From an uncultured bacterium (GTDB lineage: Bacteria > Desulfobacterota > Desulfobaccia > Desulfobaccales > 0-14-0-80-60-11): a stretch of DNA of 64,000 bases. The stretch covers positions 20,375 to 84,374 of the forward strand of contig CALEAV010000001.1 in assembly GCA_937943575.1 (NCBI GenBank), read 5' to 3'. The stretch's first letter is position 1. Each line of letters starts with the position of its first letter. Positions 30,383 to 39,037 of the stretch are shown here, piece by piece. Position numbers and translations under genes: made by a program. Under the pieces are notes generated by a model. That model was not told the origin of the DNA, did not search any database, and was given only the letters and a program-made list of their open reading frames with translations.

Positions 30383-31160
30383 ATGGCACCGGCTCTGGGC
30401 CTTTGCGGCCCGCAGCCTCATCGTCAACCGGCGCAACGTCTTCGCCGTCTTTGAGATGCTCTTCTGGCCCGCCGTGGCCATCCTGTCGGTGGGGCTGCTC
30501 ACCCGCTTCCTCCACCTGGACGCCGATACGGTGAGCTTCATCCTCATCGGTGCGGTGTCCATGAACACCATCCAGATCGCCCAGCTGGACCTGTCCTACT
30601 CCCTCCTCTACGACGTCTGGTCCCGCAGTCTGAAACACGCCTTCATCGCCCCGGTGCGCCTGGCGCATCTGATCCTGGGGGCCGGCCTGGTGGGCCTGAT
30701 GCGGGGGTTTTTCATCTTTGTGGTCATGGGGGTGGTGAGCCAGATCCTCTTCGGCATGGAGCTGGGGCGACCGGGGGTGACGGGCCTGGTGCTTTTCCTT
30801 GCCGGGCTCTTTCTCAACGCCGCCATCATCGGCATGCTGGTGCTCCTTTTGGTGCTGCGCTTCGGGCACCGGGCCGAGGTGGCGGCCTGGGCCTTCTCCT
30901 ACCTCGTCTTTCTCATCTGCGGGCTGTACTACCCGGTCACCGTGCTCCCTCAGGGGGTGCAACAGGTGGCCTGGCTGCTGCCGCTCACCCATTTTCTGGA
31001 CTATTTCCGCCAGTTTTACGGCTTTCCCGCCTCTTCGGCGCACCCGCTGCTCTACGGCTTCAGCCAGAGCCTGCTTTATCTGGCTTTAAGTTATCTGGGG
31101 CTTGGGCTGGTGCTCCATCGGGCCCGCTCCCGGGGCACCTTGCTGAAGCTGTCCTCGTGA
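30366..31160 (+). CDS. ABC-2 type transporter permease
   Basis: ATG 30366 overlaps the ATPase gene end. Six hydrophobic segments. The N-terminus MRLPTEWHRLWAFAARSLIVNRRNVFAVFEMLFWP is typical of ABC-2 permeases. Confidence 0.75.
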   Translation: MRLPTEWHRLWAFAARSLIVNRRNVFAVFEMLFWPAVAILSVGLLTRFLHLDADTVSFILIGAVSMNTIQIAQLDLSYSLLYDVWSRSLKHAFIAPVRLAHLILGAGLVGLMRGFFIFVVMGVVSQILFGMELGRPGVTGLVLFLAGLFLNAAIIGMLVLLLVLRFGHRAEVAAWAFSYLVFLICGLYYPVTVLPQGVQQVAWLLPLTHFLDYFRQFYGFPASSAHPLLYGFSQSLLYLALSYLGLGLVLHRARSRGTLLKLSS

Positions 31161-31278
31161 AAAAATCCGGGAAGGGGGCAAAGGGGTCACCCCTTCCCCT
31201 CCCCGGACCCTCTCCCTCCTTATCCTTGTCATTCCCCGGAATTTATGGCACAGTGGAGCATTCCGGGATGATCCGGCG

Positions 31279-32082
31279 ATGATCGGCGTCTTCGATTCCG
31301 GCTTCGGGGGGTTGGTGGTGCTGCGGGAATTCCTGCGGCTCCTGCCCCGGTATGATTACCTCTACCTGGGGGACAACGCCCGCATCCCCTACGGCACCCG
31401 CTCCGACCGGGTGGTCTACCGCTTCACCGAGCAGGCGGTGGACTTCCTTTTCGCCCAGGGCTGCGAGCTCATCATCCTGGCCTGCCACACCGCCTCGGCC
31501 AAGGCCCTGCGCACCATCCAGCAGCGCTATCTCCCGGCCCGCCACCCCCAGCGCCGGGTCCTGGGGGTCCTCATCCCCACGGTGGAGGAGGCCCTGGCCC
31601 TCTCCCGCCGGCGGCGTATCGGGGTCATCGCCACCGAAGGCACCGTCACCTCCCGCTCCTTTGAGCTGGAGCTCCACAAGCTGGACCCGCACGTCCAGGT
31701 GTATCAGCAGGCCTGCCCCCTGCTTGTGCCCCTCATTGAGGAGGGGGAGCAGGACTGGGAGGGCACCCGCCTCATCCTTCGGCGTTACCTGGCCCCCCTC
31801 CGGGCCGCTCTGGTGGACACCCTGATTCTGGGCTGCACCCACTACTCCATCCTCAAGGAGACCATCCAGGCGGAGATGGGGCCGGGGGTGCAGCTGGTGT
31901 GCTCCGGGCAGGTGTCGGCGGTGAAGCTGGTGGATTATCTCCGGCGCCACCCCGAGATCGAGGCCCGCCTCAGCCGCGGGGGCTCCCGCCGCTACCTCAC
32001 CACCGACCTCACCCCCCGCTTTGCCCGGCTGGCGGGCCTGTTCATGGGGGAGCCGGTGGCGGCGGAAGTGGTGGAGCTGTAG
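31279..32082 (+). CDS. murI: glutamate racemase
   Basis: MIGVFDSGFGGLVVLRE, YLGDNARIPYG, ILACHTASA, LGCTHY. Confidence 0.9.
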   Translation: MIGVFDSGFGGLVVLREFLRLLPRYDYLYLGDNARIPYGTRSDRVVYRFTEQAVDFLFAQGCELIILACHTASAKALRTIQQRYLPARHPQRRVLGVLIPTVEEALALSRRRRIGVIATEGTVTSRSFELELHKLDPHVQVYQQACPLLVPLIEEGEQDWEGTRLILRRYLAPLRAALVDTLILGCTHYSILKETIQAEMGPGVQLVCSGQVSAVKLVDYLRRHPEIEARLSRGGSRRYLTTDLTPRFARLAGLFMGEPVAAEVVEL

Positions 32083-32648
32083 CCGGCGGCCCGTCGGCTG
32101 GCGATGGTAACCCAGGACCACCGAGGCCTGAACCCGGCGGGGGCTGAGGTTCCAGCTGCCGCTGACTGGCCTTCCCGGCTCCCTCGCCGGCCGGAAGCCA
32201 TGCCCCCCAGGGAAGGTGTGGCCCGGGCGGCGGCCCGGCCGCTGCCCACCCGGACCGGCCCCGCCGGGGGATGGCGGGGGCGCAGCGGGGACTCCGGCCC
32301 CTGGCGCCGCCCGCGGGCCTTACATGAGCCTGGCGGATAAGAACCACCTCCCCTGGCGGCCCATGACCGCCACAGGATCGCCACCCGCTGTCAGCCCCCG
32401 GAACTTGAGGCCTGCCGCCATCTCCCGGGCCACTGCCGCCCGGCTCAAGTAGGGGGCATGCCGACAATCGGCCGGCATGACGCCGCGATGCGCCTGGGGC
32501 CCGAGGTTGACCATCTCCCGGGGGGCCTCCTGGCAGGCGGGTGTCAGCGGTCTTGGTTCCCCTGCACCTCCTGATGGGAGGGAGGCTTCCCTGATGTGCC
32601 GGCCAGCGGCTGGGGATGGGGTGAACCGCCTCCCCCCCGGTCATGGTC

Positions 32649-32993
32649 TCATTTCAGGCGGGCGCCACACTGGGGGCAGAAGGTGAAGGCCGCCTCCTGC
32701 CTGCTGCCGCACTGGGGGCAGAACTGAAGGTCAGGGTAGGGGGAGGCGGGGGGGGACGGCCGGCTCTCCGGCGAAGTGAGGGGGGCGATGAGGTCCTGGC
32801 GCAGCTCCTTTATGGGCTCCACATACTCGGAGCCGGCCTGGCGCACCTGCTGCACCAGCTCCTCGCTCAGCCGCCGGGCCTTGGCCACCAGGCGGCCGGC
32901 CTTGGCGGCGTATTCCATCATCTTCTCCGGCCCGAAGAGGATGAGGGTGAGGACCGCCAGGACCAGGAGTTCCTCAAAGCTGATGCCGAACAT
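32649..32993 (-). CDS. TatB/TatA-family translocase subunit fused to a C-terminal zinc ribbon
   Basis: MFGISFEELLVLAVLTLILFGPEKM (Tat TM plus hinge FGP) followed by an amphipathic helix. The C-terminus reads CPQCGSRQEAAFTFCPQCGARLK. Confidence 0.65.
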   Translation of the reverse strand: MFGISFEELLVLAVLTLILFGPEKMMEYAAKAGRLVAKARRLSEELVQQVRQAGSEYVEPIKELRQDLIAPLTSPESRPSPPASPYPDLQFCPQCGSRQEAAFTFCPQCGARLK

Positions 32994-33008
32994 GACCGGG
33001 GCGCACCC

Positions 33009-33278
33009 TCAGGCCTTGAGCTTGTGGCCGCAATGGGGGCAGAAGGCAAAATCCCCGCTCACCGGCTTCTGGCAGCCGGGGCAGAGGGGCGCCTGGGGCT
33101 GGGCGGCGGGGGGGGCTTCCTCCGCCTTGGTGAGCTGGTCGGCGTCATCGTGGGCCTTTTTGAAGCTCTTGATGGCCCGGCCGATGCTCTCCCCCAGCTC
33201 CGGCAGACGCCGGGGCCCGAAGAGGATGAGCACGATGAGCAGAATGATGAGGATAGGACCCCAATTGTAGCCGAACAT
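33009..33278 (-). CDS. tatA: TatA-family translocase subunit fused to a C-terminal zinc ribbon
   Basis: ATG 33278 gives MFGYNWGPILIILLIVLILFGPRRLPELGESIGRAIKSFKKA (canonical TatA). The C-terminus reads CPGCQKPVSGDFAFCPHCGHKLKA. Confidence 0.7.
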   Translation of the reverse strand: MFGYNWGPILIILLIVLILFGPRRLPELGESIGRAIKSFKKAHDDADQLTKAEEAPPAAQPQAPLCPGCQKPVSGDFAFCPHCGHKLKA

Positions 33279-33358
33279 GGCTGACCTCTTGGTGGCGGGA
33301 TGAGTTAGTGTTACTATATCAGCAAACCCCCTCCGGGAGCAAGGTCGCAAGGTGGCAC

Positions 33359-33895
33359 ATGAAGGACTGGAACGTGGTGGTCACCAGCCAGATGGGTGAG
33401 GAGATGCGGCTGCTCCGGGAACTGGCCGACCTGGGGGAGTTTCACCCCAGTGGCTTCAGGGAGGTGCTCATCGGCCGGGTGCCGGACCCGGACGGATTCC
33501 TGGAGACACTGCGGCAGCGCTGGCAGGACCAGCCCTTCTTCTCCCGGCTCCTCAGCACCGCCACGCCGGTGCGGAAAATCTTCCCTTTCACCCTGGAAAA
33601 TCTCAGAGAGCGCCTGCATCAGGAGGCGTTGGCCTTGGTGCCGGAGCTGGCAGGCAGGGCCTTCTATGTCCGGGTCAAGCGCCGGGGCCATAAGGGGGAA
33701 ATCCACAGCCAGGAGGTGGAGCAGGACCTGGACCGCCATCTCCTGGAGGCTCTGGCCGCCCGGGGCACCCCCGGCCGCATCGACTTCAAGGAGCCGGAGG
33801 CCGTCCTGCTGGTGGAGCTCCTCCACAACCAGTGCGGCCTCACCCTCATCACCCGGGAGATGCGGGAAAAATACCCCTTCATCAAGGTGAAGTAA
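33359..33895 (+). CDS. THUMP-domain protein (predicted RNA-binding)
   Basis: ATG 33359 gives MKDWNVVVTSQMGEEMRLLRELADLGEF...FYVRVKRRGHKGEIHSQEVEQDL. The pattern is recalled from small stand-alone THUMP proteins. Confidence 0.5.
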   Translation: MKDWNVVVTSQMGEEMRLLRELADLGEFHPSGFREVLIGRVPDPDGFLETLRQRWQDQPFFSRLLSTATPVRKIFPFTLENLRERLHQEALALVPELAGRAFYVRVKRRGHKGEIHSQEVEQDLDRHLLEALAARGTPGRIDFKEPEAVLLVELLHNQCGLTLITREMREKYPFIKVK

Positions 33896-33999
33896 TCCCC
33901 CGCGGCCCCGGCTTTCCCCGCCACCCGGGCAAAGGGGAGGGGTGGCAACCGAAATTCCGGAGGTGACCTCTGCACCTACACCGCTGGCTGACGGCCCTG

Positions 34000-34788
34000 G
34001 TGGCCCTGCCGCTGCTGCTGCTCATTCTGCTCAAGGGGGGGCCGTGGCTGTTTCTTTTGCTGGCGGCCGTGGTCTGCTCCCTGGGGCTCTGGGAGCTCGG
34101 GGCCCTGCTCCTCCCTGCCTCCGGGGTGGGGCCGCGGCTGGGGGCGGCGGCCCTGGGCCTGCTCCTGTTAGCGGGCTTCGCCCTGGCCCCCGGCGGGTCC
34201 CTGGCGGGTCACGTGTGGCCCCTCATGGCCCTGGCGGGCTGCCTCTTCCTGCTTCTGTCGGGGTATCTCCTCACCTACGGCCGCTCGCCGGCCGCCCTCA
34301 GCGACATGGGCGCCACTGCCCTGGCCCTGCTGTATGTCCCCTTCCTGCTGGGGCATCTGGTGTGGCTGCGCTTCCTCCCCCAGGGGGAGTGGTGGCTGCT
34401 GTGGCTGCTGCTGGTCATCTTCGCCGGGGATACCGCCGCCTTCTACACCGGCCGCACCCTGGGCCGGCACAAGCTGGCCCCCCGGGTGAGCCCCGGCAAG
34501 ACCTGGGAGGGCACCCTGGGGGGGGTGGCGGCCAGCGTGGCGGCGGGCCTGGTCCTGGGGGCCACGTTCCTGCCCCAGGTGGCCTTCGGCCGGCTTTTGC
34601 TCCTGTCCCTGATTTTGGGGTGGGTGGGGGTGCTGGGGGACCTGTTTGAGTCCATGCTCAAGCGTCTCGCCCAGGTGAAGGACGCCTCCGGGCTTTTGCC
34701 CGGCCATGGCGGTCTCCTGGACCGCCTGGACAGCCTGGTCTTTGCCGGGCCGGTGGTGCTCTATTTCCGCCTGCTGTTTTACCCGTGA
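34000..34788 (+). CDS. cdsA: phosphatidate cytidylyltransferase
   Basis: Polytopic membrane protein. SPGKTWEG and SMLKR..VKD.SGLLPGHGGLLDRLDS form the CdsA signature. The start is uncertain (GTG 34000; the frame is open from 33967). Confidence 0.85.
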   Translation: MALPLLLLILLKGGPWLFLLLAAVVCSLGLWELGALLLPASGVGPRLGAAALGLLLLAGFALAPGGSLAGHVWPLMALAGCLFLLLSGYLLTYGRSPAALSDMGATALALLYVPFLLGHLVWLRFLPQGEWWLLWLLLVIFAGDTAAFYTGRTLGRHKLAPRVSPGKTWEGTLGGVAASVAAGLVLGATFLPQVAFGRLLLLSLILGWVGVLGDLFESMLKRLAQVKDASGLLPGHGGLLDRLDSLVFAGPVVLYFRLLFYP

Positions 34789-35027
34789 GACCCTTGTGGC
34801 GGGAGAGGGGGTCAGGGTCGCGCACAGCCGCCGTTCCCATGGTGGGCCCGTGGTTGTCGCTGCCGACATGAGGGTATTTGAGGGTCAGCGGACGCAGCCC
34901 CCTGCCCCTTTTCCCACATCGTCCCCCCTCCCATCAAGAAGGCGGGGAGGGAGCGGAGTTTGAGGGGAGGTGGGGGCCGCCGGCCTCTTGGCCCTCCCCT
35001 CAGAACCCAGTCCAAGGAGGACACGAC

Positions 35028-35696
35028 ATGGAGGTGCGGGAAGCCCTTACCACCCGGCGCAGCATCCGGGCCTTTCTGGACACCCCGGTGCCCAGGGAGG
35101 TGATATGTGAGATCCTCGAGGCGGCCCGCTGGAGTCCTTCCTGGGGCAACACCCAGCCCTGGGAGCTGGCGGTGGTGGGCGGGGAGACCTGGCGCCGCCT
35201 GGCCGCCGCCCTGGTGGAGCGCTTCGCCCGCAAAGTTCCGCCCGCCCCCGATGTGCCCATGCCCGAGACCTTCCCGGATGAGTACCGTTCCCGCTACCTG
35301 GCCTGCGCCGCCGGGCTCTTCGGCACCATGGGCATCGCCCGGGAGGACAGGGAGAGGCGCTGGGCCCACCTGCTCAACATGACCCGGGCCTACGGCGCCC
35401 CGGTGGTGATATATGTCCTTTTCCGGGAGGACCTCCCGGTGCCTTACACCATGTTTGACCTGGGGGCCATCACCCATGCCATCACCCTGGCGGCCCACGC
35501 CCGGGGGCTGGGGACCTGCATCGAGGCCCAGCTGGCCCACTACCCCGACCTGGTGCGGCAGCACCTGGGGCTGGACCCCTCCCATCGCCTGGTGGTGGGC
35601 ATCGCTTTGGGCTACGCCGACCCCCATGCCCCGGCCAACGCCTTCCGCACCAGCCGGGAGCCCCTGGACACCTTTGTGCGCTTCGTTGACCTGTGA
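35028..35696 (+). CDS. nitroreductase family protein
   Basis: AAGGAGG lies upstream of ATG 35028. MEVREALTTRRSIRAFLDTPVPREV, SPSWGNTQPW. Confidence 0.85.
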   Translation: MEVREALTTRRSIRAFLDTPVPREVICEILEAARWSPSWGNTQPWELAVVGGETWRRLAAALVERFARKVPPAPDVPMPETFPDEYRSRYLACAAGLFGTMGIAREDRERRWAHLLNMTRAYGAPVVIYVLFREDLPVPYTMFDLGAITHAITLAAHARGLGTCIEAQLAHYPDLVRQHLGLDPSHRLVVGIALGYADPHAPANAFRTSREPLDTFVRFVDL

Positions 35697-35770
35697 GGGG
35701 CGGCGGGAGTCCGCCCGGGGCCGGGAAATCCCTTGACAGCGGCGGTTTTCCCGGCATAATAAAGAGTTGT

Positions 35771-35846
35771 GGGGATGTAGCTCAGCTGGAAGAGCGCCTG
35801 CTTCGCATGCAGGAGGTCAGGGGTTCAAATCCCCTCATCTCCACCA
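35771..35846 (+). tRNA. tRNA-Ala (anticodon CGC)
   Basis: GGGGATGTAGCTCAGCTGGAAGAGCGCCTGCTTCGCATGCAGGAGGTCAGGGGTTCAAATCCCCTCATCTCCACCA. The cloverleaf folds by hand: acceptor GGGGATG/CATCTCC including the G3:U70 Ala identity pair, anticodon loop TTCGCAT, T-loop TTCAAAT. CCA is encoded. Confidence 0.9.
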
Positions 35847-35866
35847 CCCCCGTCAAAAGCCAGGAA

Positions 35867-35897
35867 GGCCGCCCGTTGCATGGTCGCGGCTTTTTTT
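35867..35897 (+). terminator. rho-independent terminator after tRNA-Ala
   Basis: Stem GGCCGC (35867-35872) pairs with GCGGCT (35886-35891), followed by a T7 run at 35891-35897. Confidence 0.6.
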
Positions 35898-37087
35898 GCG
35901 CCCGGGCTGATGGAGGGTCGGGTCCGGCATCTGGGACCCGCCCTTCCGGCACACTTTCCTCAGCCTTTCCCCAGGCCCGGCGTCTGCCAGGGGCTCAGGA
36001 CCGAGCACCCGGGGCGCCGCCCATCCCCTCATTCCCCCCGGACGGGCGGCCTGCTGCCGGGAGGGGGGTGCCCGTTTCCTCGCCCCAGCCCACGCGCCGC
36101 CCCCATCCCCTTCCAGGAAGCCGGCCCGGCGCTGAATCCAATGACCGAAATTGCCCAAAAGCGGCCCGGGCAACCTGAGTTCAAAAATCGGCAGGAGGTG
36201 CAGGAGCGGAAAACGGTGGCGCTCTTAACAAGGACACCGGCAACCGGCAGGGGCGGGCCGCAAAAAGCCGACGAACTCAGCCCCTGGCCGGCCGGGGCCA
36301 AGCAGCTCGCCCCAGACTATATGACGCCTCACCAAAATGCGCTATACTCTCTTCCGTGAGTTGACCCATGGAAAAGGGCTGAGAGTGCGGCGCGTGGTGA
36401 CGCCAGGCAGGAAGAAACCTTGACTATGTGGTCCGGGGCGGGCACTTCCGGGCCACGGCAGGCACGAAGGGCCCGGGTCATTCCGGCCTCGGCCCGGGGT
36501 CCGGTTTTGCCGGTAGTGGTTCGCCTAGGCGGCCCAAGCCGTCACCATTCCTCCCAGTGGCGCTTCCCCTTTCCGGCGGCGCGGCTGCCGGGCCTTCGGC
36601 CCCGTCCCCGGGCTGGCCGTGGCCGGGACCGGGATACACCTCAGGACGCCCCGGCTTCCCCCCACCATCCCCATCACCCCGACCTTCCCAAACCCCTGAA
36701 TGTCATCCCAGGGAACCTGACGGGGCCCAGAGGCCGGCAAGCCACCGCCTGGGGAGTCAAAGGCTGCCGGCTGACAATTTCTTTGGCGCCCACCCCCGCC
36801 TCCTGTCCCAGCCAGATGGAGATTCGCGCACCTGTCGTCATCACCAGCCGGGACAGAAGCCGCAGCGGCATCCGGCCTAGCAGATTCCGCCCTGCATTCC
36901 GGCAGGCACCGGGAGCCTCCCCGCCTCCTGAACCTCCCCTGTGCCGGCAAACCACTGGCTGCTTCGGCCATATTGTTTGCCAATCACAACACCGACCCGG
37001 ATGGCTGAAAAAAAAATTGTTTTCAGAAAATTGGATGCAAGACAGAAATAATTCAGAAGAGCAACTCTCTGGTTAAAGAGGAATAAT

Positions 37088-39010
37088 ATGTATTTTATCC
37101 GAGCGTTTATTTTTTTCACTATTTTGTTCTGTGGCCGGACGGGGATTGCCTGGGGTCTGACCCCGGGGCATAATTATGTGGTCATTCTCCTGGATGCCTC
37201 CGGCAGCATGAAGCAATCCGATCCTCAATTTTTGCGCCGCAAGGCCGCCAGGCTTCTCATCAGTCTGCTGCGCTCGGGGGATCGGGTGGTCCTGGCGGAA
37301 TTTGGCACAGGCGTCAGGGGGATCCCCCAGGGAGCCGTAACCCTGACCCCCGAGACCCAGGCAGATCTCTTTGCGGCCCTCGATAAACTCTCCTCTGCAG
37401 ATAAACACACCGACATCCTGGGCGCCTGCCACCATGCCCTTGAGCTGATCAGAGCGCTGCCTCCCGAGGCCCGCCAGTCCTTTGCCCCCCATGTCATCCT
37501 CCTGACGGACGGCAAGGATGATATGCCGGGGCAGGGTGATCGAAGTCCCCTCATCGAGGCAACAATTCACGAGCTGGCCGCTTTGGGAGTGAAGGTCCAC
37601 ACCGTGGGCTTTTCCGGCACGGCGGATATGAAAATCCTAAAGAAGGCCGCCACCCTGACCGGGGGGGACTTATGGGTGATTCATCAGGCCGGTGACCTGT
37701 TGCGGGGCTTTTTCGGGCTTTCCCGGGTCATGGGGAACCGCTGGCCTCTTCTGGAGCAGTCCATGGACCGGGGGACGGCCAGGATTGCCCTGCCTGCATG
37801 GTCCCGCCGAGTGGTGGTCTGCTACCTCCCCTCAGGCCCCACCTCCGAACGGGCACGAGCTTCCGCCCCCATAACCCGGGAAATCATCACCCCCGCCTAT
37901 CAGATCCTGACATTTGATGATCTTCCCTCAAATTCCCTGGAACTCGCCCTTCCCGCCCCCGGGACCCTTTTGGTGGATGCAGAGGAGACCCTGATCCTCC
38001 AGGCCCTGACGGGGAAGAAGGTCCCGAGGCGCCTGCCTTTCCCTTTTCAGGCCCACCTCACCCCGGCCCGGGGTGGTGAACTGGGCCGCCCCCTCTTTCT
38101 GGCCCACAGCGTCCTGACGCTGAGGCTGCGTCAGGACGGCCAGCCGGAGATGGTCCTGCCCCTTTATGATGACGGCCAGCATGAGGACGGCCGGGCGGGG
38201 GACGGCAGATTCGGCGGCTTTGTGCCGGGGATAGGGGAGGGCCGCTGGCACTTTCTCCTCACCGCCCGGACGCCCCACTGCCCGACCCTGTCGGCGTCGG
38301 GACAGGTGGAGGCCCTGGCGAGGCCCGTGTCCGTGGAAGCCCCGGGGCTATTTTCCCAGTTCATCCGGGCGCCTCTGACCGGGAGGCTCCACTGGAAAAT
38401 TCTCAATCTCACCGACATTGCTTTGACCGGGGAACTCGTCCTCGTATATGATAGCCGGGAGAAATTCTCCCAGACTGCAACCTGGAGGGGCGGTGAATCC
38501 CAAGATATTAGCCTCGTTTTGCCAGGTGAGATGAAGGCCGGTGCAGTCGGACGGGCGATTTTGCGGCTGTCTTGGCAGGGAGAACCGGTATGGGAAGGGG
38601 AATTCCGTGTCTGGCCCTGGTGGCTGCCGATTGTGGCCATCCTCGGTGTCCTTGGCCTGGGTGGTCTTACTTTCATCTTTCCCCGCCGTTCCCCTCAGGG
38701 CCTGCCCCTCACCGTCACGGTGGAGGAGCCTGGGCAGAATATCGTCCGGGTTCTGCGGGTGAAGCGCGACGGACGCGTGGAGGCCTCTGACCTGCCTCAC
38801 CCCTTCAATGAGCCGGGCACCTTCCGGGCCCGCTCCGGGATGTGGGGTCGTGGTATCCTCTATGAACCGGCGCCCTGGTGCCAGCCACATTTTCCTGGGA
38901 GGAGGCCTCCCCGCAAGGGGCGTGGTTTTCTCCTGCACGGCCCGACCACTTGGAGGTGTGCTTCGGGAGACATCCAGGCAGAATACAGGTTGAGTCCCCG
39001 TAGTTCATAA
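37088..39010 (+). CDS. exported von Willebrand factor A (vWA/MIDAS) protein with a single C-proximal TM anchor and a roughly 110-aa cytoplasmic tail
   Basis: AGAGGA lies before ATG 37088. Signal-like N-terminus MYFIRAFIFFTILFCGRTGIAWG. vWA beta1-MIDAS VVILLDASGSM (DASGS at 37193-37207), then VILLTDGKDD and VKVHTVGFSG. TM WPWWLPIVAILGVLGLGGLTFIF at about 38612-38683. Confidence 0.85.
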   Translation: MYFIRAFIFFTILFCGRTGIAWGLTPGHNYVVILLDASGSMKQSDPQFLRRKAARLLISLLRSGDRVVLAEFGTGVRGIPQGAVTLTPETQADLFAALDKLSSADKHTDILGACHHALELIRALPPEARQSFAPHVILLTDGKDDMPGQGDRSPLIEATIHELAALGVKVHTVGFSGTADMKILKKAATLTGGDLWVIHQAGDLLRGFFGLSRVMGNRWPLLEQSMDRGTARIALPAWSRRVVVCYLPSGPTSERARASAPITREIITPAYQILTFDDLPSNSLELALPAPGTLLVDAEETLILQALTGKKVPRRLPFPFQAHLTPARGGELGRPLFLAHSVLTLRLRQDGQPEMVLPLYDDGQHEDGRAGDGRFGGFVPGIGEGRWHFLLTARTPHCPTLSASGQVEALARPVSVEAPGLFSQFIRAPLTGRLHWKILNLTDIALTGELVLVYDSREKFSQTATWRGGESQDISLVLPGEMKAGAVGRAILRLSWQGEPVWEGEFRVWPWWLPIVAILGVLGLGGLTFIFPRRSPQGLPLTVTVEEPGQNIVRVLRVKRDGRVEASDLPHPFNEPGTFRARSGMWGRGILYEPAPWCQPHFPGRRPPRKGRGFLLHGPTTWRCASGDIQAEYRLSPRSS

Positions 39011-39037
39011 TCCTGGATTTTCAGGAGGGCAGTCCCC

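Noticed and set aside
32320-32514. 64-aa minus-strand ORF (MVNLGPQAHRGVMPADCRHAPYLSRAAVAREMAAGLKFRGLTAGGDPVAVMGRQG...) in the murI-tatB gap. It looks more protein-like than its neighbours and could be the C-terminal remnant of a decayed gene.
   Set aside because: I could not assign a family with confidence (weak MOSC-like or racemase-like impressions only). The upstream frame is closed, and there is no RBS.
36420-37076. 218-aa plus-strand ORF immediately upstream of the vWA gene; considered as a seventh operon member or regulator.
   Set aside because: The sequence is Pro/Arg/Gly/Ser-rich with no domain signature. It has the high G+C of the flank rather than the island, and it is overlapped by equally long ORFs in other frames.
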